Below, in pieces: positions 7,732-16,754 of a stretch of 64,000 nucleotides of DNA (its first letter is position 1; each line of letters begins with the position of its first letter). Position numbers and translations under genes: made by a program. Under the pieces are notes generated by a model. That model ran no database searches. It was not told where the DNA came from and was given only the letters and a program-made list of their open reading frames with translations. Source of the DNA: an uncultured Candidatus Saccharibacteria bacterium. Lineage in GTDB: Bacteria > Patescibacteriota > Saccharimonadia > Saccharimonadales > JACDBH01. Location of the stretch: the NCBI GenBank assembly GCA_964642275.1, contig CAZXOA010000002.1:16019-80018 (forward strand). Reading direction: 5' to 3'.

Positions 7732-10280
7732 AGGTAAGTCTGAATTTAGCGCAATATTATTCAAACGTTGATCTGAAGTCTATTCTGCGTGAGGAGCTGT
7801 TGCAGCGTATTGGCGCGCAGCTGGGGGCGGTTGAGGACGTTGTTGACTGGGCGCCGAAGTTTGAGGGCGCAGTGATTGTACGCGTGGTTTCGTGTGAGAA
7901 ACATCCAGATGCCGACAAGCTCAATGTCTGTCGTGTTGACGATGGTGGCCAAAACCAAGCTGTGGAGCGTGGTGAAGATGGTTTGATCCAAGTGGTCTGC
8001 GGTGCACCAAACGTGACCGCAGGCATGTACGCTATCTGGTTAGCGCCGGGTGTGACTGTACCAAATAGCCGCGACACTGATCCTTTTGTGCTGGAGGCGC
8101 GCGAAATCCGCGGTGTGGTAAGCAACGGCATGATGGCCAGCGCGCACGAGCTGGGAATTAGTGACGACCACAGCGGCATTGTAGAAGTTACAGCAGAAGA
8201 TGCGGGCAAAGAGCCGGTGCCAGGCGAACCGCTGACCAACTACTTTGGCTTAGACGACTTTGTTATCGATTGCGAAAACAAGATGTTCACCCACCGCCCG
8301 GACTGCTTTGGCGTGCTGGGTGTGGCGCGCGAACTGGCCGGCATATCCGGCTTGAAATTTGAGAGTCCGGATTGGTATCTTAATCCGCCGCAGTTTGAGT
8401 CAAAGGAAGGATTGCCGCTAGAAATAAAGAACGATGTGTCGGATCTGGTGCCAAGGTTTATGGTTGTAGCGATGAGCGGCATTACCGTCAAACCCAGCCC
8501 GATGTGGCTGCAGGCAACTTTGGCCCGGGTTGGTATCAAACCCATCAACAATGTTGTGGACGCAACAAATTATATTATGCACCTGACAGGCCAGCCTCTG
8601 CACGCTTTTGACTACGACAAAATCAGAGAGCGCTCGGATAAACCAGGTATCTTCCCGCGCCTGAGCAACAAGGGCGAGAAGCTCTTGCTGCTGGGCGGCA
8701 AAGAGCTAGAGCTGACGGGCGAAGAGATTGTTATTAGTACCGACAAACAAGCTGTGGCGTTGGCTGGTGTGATGGGCGGTGCTGACACCGAAGTCGATGA
8801 AAATACCAAGAATATTATTATCGAGTGTGCAACGTTTGATATGTACAGCATTCGTCGTACGAGCATGAGATTCGGGTTATTTACAGATGCGGTTACGCGC
8901 TTTAACAAAGGCCAGAGCCCGCTGCAGAACGATCGGGTGCTATGGTATGCAATGAAGAATATGGTAGAACTGGCTGGCGCGGAACAAGCGTCACAAGTCT
9001 TTGATTTTCAGGCAAGCCTAGATAATGTACGCATATCCGACGAGGGGCGTACTGAGTTGCATGTAAACGTGCCGTTCATCAATGAGCGGCTTGGCTCTAG
9101 CCTGACAGAGGACGAAGTTCTTAAGTTGCTTCAGAACGTAGAGCTTGCTGTCGAGGTTCTGCAGGTTGGAGAACAATATCCCGAAGAAGGACCTAATCAG
9201 TATGAATTGGCTATTTTTGCCCCGTTCTGGCGGATGGATATCGAGATCCCTGAGGATATTGTTGAAGAAGTCGGGCGTTTATATGGCTATGATAAGCTGC
9301 CGGTTGTGCTGCCTAAGCGCACCGCCAAACCGACACCAAAAAACAAGTTATTTGACTTCAAGCAACACCTGCGTTCCCGGCTCAAAGAGGCTGGTGCGAA
9401 TGAAGTCTTGACCTACAGCTTTGTGCACGGCGATTTGATGAAGAGAGTCGGCATCAATGCCCAGGAGCATGCCTATCACCTGCGCAACGCCATCAGTCCG
9501 GACCTACAATACTACCGCACAAGTCTTGTGCCGAGCTTGCTCAGCAAAGTACGCCCCAACATCAAAGCTCAGGCGGGCAGCACCGACAACCAATTTGCAT
9601 TGTTCGAAATCGGCAAAATCCATCACAAAGGCGTTGTCGGCGAGGAAGAGTTGCCGCTGGAGTTCCAAAATATCGCGCTGGTTGTGACTGCTGATGACAA
9701 AACGGCAAAGTCCTACCAAGCGGGCGCGGCATATTATCTGGCCAAAAAATATATTGACTGGATCACAGACGGCCAAGCCGAATACGTACCACTTACATCT
9801 TATGAGCACCCGGTTTATAGCCACTATGAACCAAACAGAAGCGCCGGTGTGATTATTGACGGTGATAAAGTTGGCGTTATTGGTGAGCTGAACGCAAAGG
9901 TAAGACAAGCCCTCAAGCTGCCAGAATTCACCGCCGCCTTTGAGGTGGAGCTTGAGCAGTTGATGTTCAGGCTGAAGCCAAACAGTTACACACCATTACC
10001 CCCGCTACCCGGGACGTCGCAGGACTATACCAAAGAAGTACCCGTCGATACCTCATGGCAGCAGGTGCGTGACGCGTTTGAAAAATCGCTTGCAGAAGTC
10101 GCCGAGGGCTATGTCTATGACATCGAGCCGCGCGATATCTTTGTTCCCGAAGACCAGGGTACCAAACGCATCACCTTCCGCGTCCACTTCAGCCATCCTG
10201 ACAAAACCATGACCACTGACGAAGCGACCAGACTGCTTGCGGCCGCAACCGATAAAATGCACGAACTATTACCAGCGTAA
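7728..10280 (+). CDS. pheT: phenylalanine--tRNA ligase beta subunit
   Basis: 850 aa. tRNA-binding OB domain at the N-terminus, then B3/4, B5 and FDX-ACB-like regions. ATGA overlap with the SDR stop. Confidence 0.95.
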   Translation: MKVSLNLAQYYSNVDLKSILREELLQRIGAQLGAVEDVVDWAPKFEGAVIVRVVSCEKHPDADKLNVCRVDDGGQNQAVERGEDGLIQVVCGAPNVTAGMYAIWLAPGVTVPNSRDTDPFVLEAREIRGVVSNGMMASAHELGISDDHSGIVEVTAEDAGKEPVPGEPLTNYFGLDDFVIDCENKMFTHRPDCFGVLGVARELAGISGLKFESPDWYLNPPQFESKEGLPLEIKNDVSDLVPRFMVVAMSGITVKPSPMWLQATLARVGIKPINNVVDATNYIMHLTGQPLHAFDYDKIRERSDKPGIFPRLSNKGEKLLLLGGKELELTGEEIVISTDKQAVALAGVMGGADTEVDENTKNIIIECATFDMYSIRRTSMRFGLFTDAVTRFNKGQSPLQNDRVLWYAMKNMVELAGAEQASQVFDFQASLDNVRISDEGRTELHVNVPFINERLGSSLTEDEVLKLLQNVELAVEVLQVGEQYPEEGPNQYELAIFAPFWRMDIEIPEDIVEEVGRLYGYDKLPVVLPKRTAKPTPKNKLFDFKQHLRSRLKEAGANEVLTYSFVHGDLMKRVGINAQEHAYHLRNAISPDLQYYRTSLVPSLLSKVRPNIKAQAGSTDNQFALFEIGKIHHKGVVGEEELPLEFQNIALVVTADDKTAKSYQAGAAYYLAKKYIDWITDGQAEYVPLTSYEHPVYSHYEPNRSAGVIIDGDKVGVIGELNAKVRQALKLPEFTAAFEVELEQLMFRLKPNSYTPLPPLPGTSQDYTKEVPVDTSWQQVRDAFEKSLAEVAEGYVYDIEPRDIFVPEDQGTKRITFRVHFSHPDKTMTTDEATRLLAAATDKMHELLPA

Positions 10281-10290
10281 GGGGGTTTCT

Positions 10291-12069
10291 ATGCGAAAAG
10301 TATTGAGTGCGTTGCTACTGCTCAGCATTTTTGTTTTTCCGCTAAAGGTACATGCCCAGGGCGTGAACGACTTCGTATTTCTGAATTTTGAGGCAGATTA
10401 CTACTTAACCAATGATGATCCACAGGGTACCATGCGCGTGACCGAGAATATGACGGTTGAGTTTAGCAGCCAAAACCGCGGGATTGAGCGGGCGATTCCA
10501 AAGAAGTATGATGGGCGCGACCTGAAGCTGCAGATCAACGCTGTCAGTTCAGAATCAGACGCGCCCGTGCAGTACACCACTCGCACCGAGAACGACAACC
10601 TGGTACTGCGCATTGGCGATCCGAATGTGTATATCACTGGCGTGCAGCAGTACACCATCGAGTACAGCATGCAGAATGTCATCAAATTCTACGACGGGCA
10701 TGATGAGCTGTATTGGGATATAAACGGCGACCAGTGGCGGCAGTCGTTCCTGTCAGTAACGGCCAGGGTGCATCTGGCTGACGGGCTTGAGGCAGACGGG
10801 CAGCTCGATTGCTTTACGGGTGTGTATGGTACAAATACCGATACCTGCGCTATTTCTCAAGACGGTAGTGCAATAACAGCGGTTACAACTGCTCCGCTGG
10901 GCGGGTATCAGACTCTCACGATTGCTGCCGGGTTTGAGAAGGGCTTCTTCCGGCCGGCGACTTTTGCCGAGAAGGTCCGTGAGAATCTGCGCAATATCTT
11001 AGGGGTTGTACTGCCGCCGCTGTTGATAGGCGGTTTTGCCTTCCGCCGCTGGTGGAAGTTTGGCCGCGACGCCAAGGGCCGCGGCACTATTGTGGTGCAG
11101 TACGATGCACCTGATGGCCTGCGTCCGGCAGAAGTAGGTGCAATCGCTGACTTTCGGGCAGATCAGCGTGATATTACCGCCACACTGATTGACCTGGCGG
11201 TACGCGGCTATATTAAGATTATTGAAGAGAAAAAGGTTAAGCGTTTCCGCAAAGATACACTGGAGTATTCATTTGAGCTGACTAACGCAGATGTCTCTGC
11301 GCTCAAGCCCTACGAACAAGAGCTGCTAAAAGGCATCTTCCCGGACATGAAATTACACGATGTTGTTGAGCTCAAGACGCTGAGGAACAAATACTACACC
11401 CATGTCAGTAAGGCGAGCAAAGAGCTGATCGACAGCGTCACAAAGGACGGGTATTTCAAGACGCATCCTTCAAAATCGGGCACAGTACTTTGGGTCGTAT
11501 TGGTGGTATCGCTGTTTAGCGTGGGTATATTTGTGGGTATTTTCGGTCCGGGCGCAGCCATCGGGATGTTCTTGTCGGTCGTGCTGTTGTTTGTCTTTGC
11601 GCTGGCTATGCCAGCACGGACAGAGACGGGAGTTGTGGCCAAGGAGCACGCCCTAGGACTCAAGCTGTATCTGGAAACGGCCGAAGCCGACCGCATCAGG
11701 ATGATGCAGAGCCCCGATGCCCCCTACTCCGCTGAAGCTACGAAGGGCAAGCCGTATAGCTCTGGTGTCGAACCCAAAAAGACGGTTCACTTATATGAGA
11801 AGCTGTTGCCCTACGCTATCGTCTTTGGGGTAGAAAAGCAGTGGAGTGAAGAGTTCAAGGATCTATATACCCAAGCGCCGGAATGGTTTGCCGGCAGTAA
11901 CGTGGCAGCGTTTAACTCTGTCTATTTGGCTTCGGCACTGAACAGCAATATGGCAACGGCTATGTCCGCGGCCTACAGCAGCCCGAGTAGTTCTGGCGGT
12001 TCCGGATTTTCGGGCGGCGGCGGATTCTCCGGTGGTGGGGGCGGGGGTGGTGGTGGAGGCGGATGGTAG
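10291..12069 (+). CDS. DUF2207 domain membrane protein
   Basis: Signal peptide MRKVLSALLLLS...VHAQG, TM helices, and the characteristic C-terminal Gly-rich tail (SGGSGFSGGGGFSGGGGGGGGGGGW). Confidence 0.8.
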   Translation: MRKVLSALLLLSIFVFPLKVHAQGVNDFVFLNFEADYYLTNDDPQGTMRVTENMTVEFSSQNRGIERAIPKKYDGRDLKLQINAVSSESDAPVQYTTRTENDNLVLRIGDPNVYITGVQQYTIEYSMQNVIKFYDGHDELYWDINGDQWRQSFLSVTARVHLADGLEADGQLDCFTGVYGTNTDTCAISQDGSAITAVTTAPLGGYQTLTIAAGFEKGFFRPATFAEKVRENLRNILGVVLPPLLIGGFAFRRWWKFGRDAKGRGTIVVQYDAPDGLRPAEVGAIADFRADQRDITATLIDLAVRGYIKIIEEKKVKRFRKDTLEYSFELTNADVSALKPYEQELLKGIFPDMKLHDVVELKTLRNKYYTHVSKASKELIDSVTKDGYFKTHPSKSGTVLWVVLVVSLFSVGIFVGIFGPGAAIGMFLSVVLLFVFALAMPARTETGVVAKEHALGLKLYLETAEADRIRMMQSPDAPYSAEATKGKPYSSGVEPKKTVHLYEKLLPYAIVFGVEKQWSEEFKDLYTQAPEWFAGSNVAAFNSVYLASALNSNMATAMSAAYSSPSSSGGSGFSGGGGFSGGGGGGGGGGGW

Positions 12070-12123
12070 CCACGGGCCTCATCCGGACAGATATGCTAAC
12101 CTAGACGTGTATTAGGAGTGCTC

Positions 12124-12708
12124 ATGCGTAAGGTCATTCTTGCAAGTAAGTCGTGGCTCAGGGCTCAGATTCTTGAGAAGTCTGAGATTGAATATGTCAT
12201 AGCTGAATCACGCGTTGACGAAAGAGTACTTGAGACGGAATTAGAAGGCAAGGGCTTGGAAGACATTACTATTGCGATTGCTCGAGCCAAGGCCTTGGCA
12301 GTTGAAGCGGGTGATCAGGATGTCGTCATCGGAGCAGATACAGTTGCGTACGAAAAAGAATCAGGCAGAGTTTTTCATAAAGCTGAGACACCTGCGGAAG
12401 CCCTGAGCCTATGCATGCAGCAAAGCGGAGCAACCATAGTAGTCGTCACTGGCTTTGCTATCGTCAGGGATAAAGAGGTGCAAAAGGACGGTTTAAGTAC
12501 GACGGAAGTTACCTACAGCCAGTTTACTGAAGACACCCTAGCGAGCCTTCTCGCAAAGGATCATCGTACTACCGAACGCAATGCTGCACTTGGTTTCTTT
12601 ATTGATGCGCCTGGCTTTACGCTGGTGGAGCGTTTCGAGGGTTCGTATACAGGAGCGATGGGGTTACCGATGGAGCAGATACGTCCATTATTGAAGAATC
12701 TTAGCTAA
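12124..12708 (+). CDS. maf: Maf-like nucleoside triphosphate pyrophosphatase
   Basis: VILASKS...GADTVV-type Maf pattern. AGGAG lies 6 nt upstream of ATG 12124. Confidence 0.85.
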   Translation: MRKVILASKSWLRAQILEKSEIEYVIAESRVDERVLETELEGKGLEDITIAIARAKALAVEAGDQDVVIGADTVAYEKESGRVFHKAETPAEALSLCMQQSGATIVVVTGFAIVRDKEVQKDGLSTTEVTYSQFTEDTLASLLAKDHRTTERNAALGFFIDAPGFTLVERFEGSYTGAMGLPMEQIRPLLKNLS

Positions 12709-12723
12709 GAAGCTGTTTCTACT

Positions 12724-12746
12724 GGGCGGGTTGAGGCCCGCTTTCT
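12724..12746 (+). terminator. intrinsic terminator after maf
   Basis: GCGGG-ttgagg-CCCGC followed by TTTCT. Confidence 0.6.
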
Positions 12747-12793
12747 AAAATCTAACATCTGGAATCTATATTCTAGCCAGACCCTATCTTTTC

Positions 12794-12823
12794 ATTATAT
12801 CATACTACTTATGCTTTTGTCAA
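12794..12823 (-). promoter_or_regulatory. promoter TTGACA-18-TATAAT (copy of the dispersed repeat), antisense to the maf 3' end
   Basis: The minus strand reads AACTTGACAAAAGCATAAGTAGTATGATATAATGAAAAGATAGGGT. Confidence 0.5.
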
Positions 12824-12831
12824 GTTTTTTA

Positions 12832-12860
12832 TTGACTTCATCTGTAAAATGGGCTAAAAT
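12832..12860 (+). promoter_or_regulatory. sigma70-type promoter TTGACT-17-TAAAAT
   Basis: The hexamers and 17-nt spacer were read directly. It points into the gene-free structured region. Confidence 0.55.
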
Positions 12861-12910
12861 GATTCCACTTTGAGATGGAGTGAATACGCTCTCTCAAGGG
12901 GTTATTTAAC

Positions 12911-12925
12911 AAGGTGTAGAAGTAA
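12911..12925. repeat. left copy of a 15-bp perfect inverted repeat (AAGGTGTAGAAGTAA)
   Basis: The reverse complement occurs at 13579-13593. Confidence 0.9.
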
Positions 12926-13578
12926 ATATTTCTCTGAGATGACGAATTTTGCTGGTCAATTTTGGCCGATAGAATTCGTTATCTCAGACTATTGAGATAC
13001 AAGAGTTGAGCCTGAGCTCTTCTGGGTGTGTATGACCATCCAGAAACGTTGCTCGGTTCGCCCACAGCAGCTGCGCATGGATCCGTGTCAAGATCAACAC
13101 GGGGAGTGCGGCTGCTGAGGTCATCGAGGCGACTTGGATCTGCCCCACAAGGCAAATTAAAATGGGAAACCGCTTTAGTGATCTGAGAAGCCTCGTCCAT
13201 GTGCAAGCCGTGCGCTTTCCTCTCGAATGAGAGATGTGCTGCACGCTTGTATGTCTGCCAGAGCAGTCTGAGTACATCGGGGGACGTCCTCAAGTACTGC
13301 TCTGGCAGAAGATTTCTGTTGCCTGGCCACCCGTCCGGGTTGGGCGACAGAAAAGCTCGCGTAAGGCTTGTCCTCCCCCTCTCCACTAGGAGGATGAGTA
13401 CCTGCGCGAGCAGCCCTGGTGGACCGGAGGTCGTGGTTCACCTCCACGTAACCTGACCTCCGGTCCCGGGGCACTGAATTGATCGCGCAAGTGATTGATT
13501 TGTCCTAAAAGGCGAAAGAAAGGTTCTCATGGTTGAGATATTGGTCGTAGCTGCATTTTTGCGCTCCCAACACTCCCG

Positions 13579-13593
13579 TTACTTCTACACCTT
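13579..13593. repeat. right copy of the 15-bp perfect inverted repeat (TTACTTCTACACCTT)
   Basis: Reverse complement of 12911-12925. Confidence 0.9.
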
Positions 13594-13642
13594 TTCACAC
13601 CTTATCCGAATGCATAACCGCGGTTGTGGCTTCAGACAATGT

Positions 13643-13671
13643 GTGACAGACAATCTATGCCCGCGTATACT
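13643..13671 (+). promoter_or_regulatory. promoter GTGACA-17-TATACT, 8 nt before the ABC exporter ATG (leaderless-type)
   Basis: Hexamers and spacing read directly. Confidence 0.55.
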
Positions 13672-13679
13672 GAAAGTAT

Positions 13680-15452
13680 ATGAGGTATATTCTTCGGATT
13701 CTCCGGTTTACTGGAGTGCTGCGCTGGTACTACGTGGGTATTTCTGTCCTGACGGTGCTTGTTAGTGTCACGACAGTCGTGCTGCCGTTCCTGAGCGGCC
13801 AGGCAATTGACGAAATCAGCAAAGGCACGTCCGGCAATGTCAGGACCGTTGTTATCCTGGCGCTGCTTATCTTTGCCATGGATGTGCTGGCAAACTTCCT
13901 CAACAATATCAGCGGTTTCTTAGGCGATCAGTTATCGGCCAAAATGAACCAGATATTATCCAACCGCTACTTTGAGCATTTGCTGTCGCTGCCGCAACGG
14001 TTCTTTGATGTGTCGCTCAGCGGCAAGCTGGTAGGACGTCTTAACCGGTCGGTGAATCAGCTGAGCAATTTTGCGCAGATGGTCAGCAACAACTTTATGC
14101 AGTTTATTGTCAGCACCTTGCTGGCTCTCATTATCGTAGCGTTTTATAGCTGGCCGGTGGCACTGATGCTGGGCTCGTTGTATCCGCTGTATATCTGGCT
14201 GACGGTGCGGACCTCTGACAAATGGCAGAAGTACCAGAAAGAAAAGAACGAGAACTATGATATCGCCAGCGGCCGGTTCAATGAGGCTATCACGCAGGTT
14301 AAGGTGATAAAAAGCTTTAATCAAGAAGCTCGTGAGCTATTGTTCTTTCAGCGCTATATCGCAAAAGCTGTGCGCATCAACAAGCCGCAGAGTATCTACT
14401 GGCACGTGCGCGATGTGCGCCGCCGGCTGCTGCTGAACGTCATTTTTCTGGGTGTGTACCTGTATATCTTTGTCGATGCGGTGCACGGCAATATTTCGCC
14501 TGGTGCGGCGGTAGCGCTGATACTGTATGCCCAGCAGATTCGTATTCCGATATTTACCATCAGCTTTTTGGTGGACAGCACGCAGCGTGCGGTAGCCGAC
14601 AGCCGGGATTATTTTGAACTTATGGATGAGAAGCCGGAAATCAATGATGCCAGCGATGCTGCCGTTCTGAAGGTTAAAAAAGGCGGAATTACTTTTGACA
14701 AGGTATCGTTTGCCTACGATAAGACACCGGTAGTGCAGGATATTTCGTTTGAGATTGCGCCAGACAGCAAGGTGGCGCTGGTTGGCGAGAGCGGCGAGGG
14801 CAAGACCACGCTGACGAATCTGCTGCTGAGATTGTATGAACCAGGGGACGGAAAAATTCTTATTGACGGGCAAGATATTACCCGTGCAACACAGGCATCG
14901 CTCAGAGGTTCGATTGCGGTGGTGTTCCAGGAACCGGCGCTGTTCAGCGGCACCATTAACGAAAATATTTCATACGCCAACAAACAAGCGACACAAGAGC
15001 AGATAGAAGCGGCCGCAAAGGCGGCCAATGCCCACGAATTTATTGCAGCGCTGCCAAAAGGGTATGATACCGAAATTGGCGAGCGCGGGCTCAAGCTTTC
15101 TGGCGGGCAGAAGCAGCGTATCGCGATTGCGCGGGCGCTACTGAAAGACGCGCCGATTCTGATACTCGATGAGGCCACAAGCAGTCTGGACAGTCGGTCT
15201 GAGGCGCTGGTACAGGAGGCGCTGGAGCGGCTTATGAAAGGCCGCACCACTATTATTATTGCGCACCGGTTGAGCACTATCGCGGCAGTCGACCAGATCG
15301 TGACGCTCAAAGGCGGCCGGGTTGATGAAATCGGAAACCCGGCGAAGCTGGCAAAATCCGGCGGCATCTATGCCCAACTGCTCAAGCTGCAGTCACGTAC
15401 CCCGACCGACAGAACCAAGGAACAATTAGAAGAATTCGAAATAGCTGGCTAA
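13680..15452 (+). CDS. ABC transporter, fused permease/ATP-binding exporter (MsbA-like)
   Basis: Six-TM exporter domain followed by Walker A GESGEGKTT, signature LSGGQKQR and Walker B ILILDEATS. Confidence 0.95.
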   Translation: MRYILRILRFTGVLRWYYVGISVLTVLVSVTTVVLPFLSGQAIDEISKGTSGNVRTVVILALLIFAMDVLANFLNNISGFLGDQLSAKMNQILSNRYFEHLLSLPQRFFDVSLSGKLVGRLNRSVNQLSNFAQMVSNNFMQFIVSTLLALIIVAFYSWPVALMLGSLYPLYIWLTVRTSDKWQKYQKEKNENYDIASGRFNEAITQVKVIKSFNQEARELLFFQRYIAKAVRINKPQSIYWHVRDVRRRLLLNVIFLGVYLYIFVDAVHGNISPGAAVALILYAQQIRIPIFTISFLVDSTQRAVADSRDYFELMDEKPEINDASDAAVLKVKKGGITFDKVSFAYDKTPVVQDISFEIAPDSKVALVGESGEGKTTLTNLLLRLYEPGDGKILIDGQDITRATQASLRGSIAVVFQEPALFSGTINENISYANKQATQEQIEAAAKAANAHEFIAALPKGYDTEIGERGLKLSGGQKQRIAIARALLKDAPILILDEATSSLDSRSEALVQEALERLMKGRTTIIIAHRLSTIAAVDQIVTLKGGRVDEIGNPAKLAKSGGIYAQLLKLQSRTPTDRTKEQLEEFEIAG

Positions 15453-15459
15453 AGACCTG

Positions 15460-15465
15460 TACAAT
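15460..15465 (+). promoter_or_regulatory. -10 box TACAAT 6 nt before the NUDIX ATG (leaderless-type)
   Basis: ctgTACAATacgagtATG. Confidence 0.5.
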
Positions 15466-15471
15466 ACGAGT

Positions 15472-15936
15472 ATGAAATACTGTGCACGCGCCATTGTTAT
15501 TCGAGACAACCAGCTACTGGTCATGAAGCGGTTTAAGCTGGGTAAGACCTACTACACACTACTCGGAGGCACCGTTGAGTCAGGTGAAACAGCGGATATT
15601 GCGGCTGTACGCGAAGTGCGGGAGGAATCGGGTGTGACAGTTGTAAACCCGCGACTGGTCTTTGTCGAGGAAGCGGGCGACCCGTATGGGCCGCAGCATG
15701 TGTATCTATGCGACTATGTGACGGGTGAGCCAGCCTTGCCGCCAGAGTCCGAGGAAGCTTTTTGGACAAAACCAGACGTTAATACGTATGAACCGCAGTG
15801 GCTGCCTATAGACAAGCTCTCCGAAGTTCCGTTTGTCTCCCCGCTTTTAAAAGAGGCGCTCTTGATGGCGCTCCAGCACGGCTGGCCTCAGGGGCCGTAT
15901 CACTTTTCTTCCAAGAATGCTGTGCGTTTGAGCTGA
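15472..15936 (+). CDS. NUDIX hydrolase
   Basis: Nudix box GGTVESGETADIAAVREVREESGV. Confidence 0.9.
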   Translation: MKYCARAIVIRDNQLLVMKRFKLGKTYYTLLGGTVESGETADIAAVREVREESGVTVVNPRLVFVEEAGDPYGPQHVYLCDYVTGEPALPPESEEAFWTKPDVNTYEPQWLPIDKLSEVPFVSPLLKEALLMALQHGWPQGPYHFSSKNAVRLS

Positions 15937-16068
15937 CCAGGTTCGATGGGCGCGAAACCTCTCAGCTCCAGCCTGCGGGTGTTTGATAAGTAGTAATAAT
16001 GACATTGTGCTTGCGCGGCAGCAGTAGGGCTAGGGTATACTAAGACAACGATTAAGTGGAGGTACCCT

Positions 16069-16647
16069 ATGGAATTTATGCGTCGTTTTGGGACGCTCGC
16101 GCTGGCTGGATTGTTCATTCTGACCTCGGTCGCGTTTACCGCAGTATTGCTCTGGAGTTCTCGCAATGAGAGCAATAACAGCGACCTGACGCTCGAGCAG
16201 CAACAGATGATTCAGGAGCAGCTCAATCAAGCAAATAATCAAGACACAGGAGAAAACATGGCACGACTAGAAGGAACATTACTCGCTGGCTTTACCCCGA
16301 TTACCACACCGGTCACAGACTTGCAGGTCATAGATATTGTTGAGGGTACAGGCGCAGTGGTGCCAGAGGGTGCAACAATTACGGCGCACTACACGGGCGC
16401 GTATGTGGTCAACGGGCAGATTTTTCAGAGCTCAAAGGACATGGGTCAGCCATACCAGTTCAGCCTAAACGGCGTGATTGCCGGCTGGACGCAGGGTGTT
16501 CCCGGTATGAAGGTCGGCGGCCAGCGCCGGCTGATTATTCCTGGCAATCTTGCCTACGGTGAGGCGCCAGAAGGCTATGTACCAGGCAGCGGCGGCAGCC
16601 CAATGGGCCCGCTGGTTTTTGACATCGAACTCGTTTCTATCGACTAA
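16069..16647 (+). CDS. FKBP-type peptidyl-prolyl cis-trans isomerase, membrane-anchored
   Basis: N-terminal TM helix, then an FKBP core (VIAGWTQGVPGMKVGGQRRLIIPGNLAYG). GGAGG Shine-Dalgarno. Confidence 0.9.
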   Translation: MEFMRRFGTLALAGLFILTSVAFTAVLLWSSRNESNNSDLTLEQQQMIQEQLNQANNQDTGENMARLEGTLLAGFTPITTPVTDLQVIDIVEGTGAVVPEGATITAHYTGAYVVNGQIFQSSKDMGQPYQFSLNGVIAGWTQGVPGMKVGGQRRLIIPGNLAYGEAPEGYVPGSGGSPMGPLVFDIELVSID

Positions 16648-16685
16648 CAGGGGTGGTTAGTGCTAAAACCACAACATATGGTGTC

Positions 16686-16713
16686 TTGACCATAAGCACA
16701 AGCGCTATATAAT
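16686..16713 (+). promoter_or_regulatory. promoter TTGACC-16-TATAAT upstream of the glutaredoxin-like gene
   Basis: Read directly. The predicted leader of about 35 nt carries an AGAGGGA Shine-Dalgarno. Confidence 0.55.
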
Positions 16714-16754
16714 GGGTAGTAAGTTCAGTAATAAATATCAACAAGAGGGATAAA

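Larger units (their letters stand above)
12867..13600 (+). ncRNA. candidate large structured RNA (or inverted-repeat-bounded relic), unclassified
   Basis: 970-bp gene-free gap. Promoter at 12832-12860. 15-bp perfect inverted repeat at 12911-12925 / 13579-13593. Perfect or near-perfect stems of 16, 12, 12 and 10 bp. The strand assignment is tentative. Confidence 0.3.

Noticed and set aside
13215-13370. RNase P RNA-like motifs: GAGGAAAG on the minus strand near 13225, and ACAGAAAAG...GGCTTG on the plus strand near 13345
   Set aside because: The two motifs are on opposite strands and in the wrong order. Neither matches the full CR-I (GAGGAAAGUCC) or CR-V (ACAGAAnnnGGCUUA) consensus. No GGUAA/GNRA-type J-regions were seen.
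12979-13386. 135-aa minus-strand ORF (and the overlapping 85-99 aa ORFs) in the maf-to-ABC-exporter gap, considered as a real protein gene
   Set aside because: It has a GTG start with no Shine-Dalgarno or promoter and is overlapped by similar-length ORFs in other frames on both strands. Its composition is Arg/Pro/Ser-rich, and it runs straight through the long perfect stems. I treat it as a shadow ORF of a GC-rich structured region. A decayed pseudogene cannot be excluded without blastx.
13431-13462. T-arm-like hairpin CGTGG-TTCACCT-CCACG followed by TAACCTGACC, considered as a tmRNA or tRNA-like 3' end
   Set aside because: No complementary 5' acceptor strand (CAGGTTA) lies upstream. The loop lacks the conserved A58 position. 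There is no tag-peptide reading frame ending in a stop, and no GGGG-type 5' end in register.
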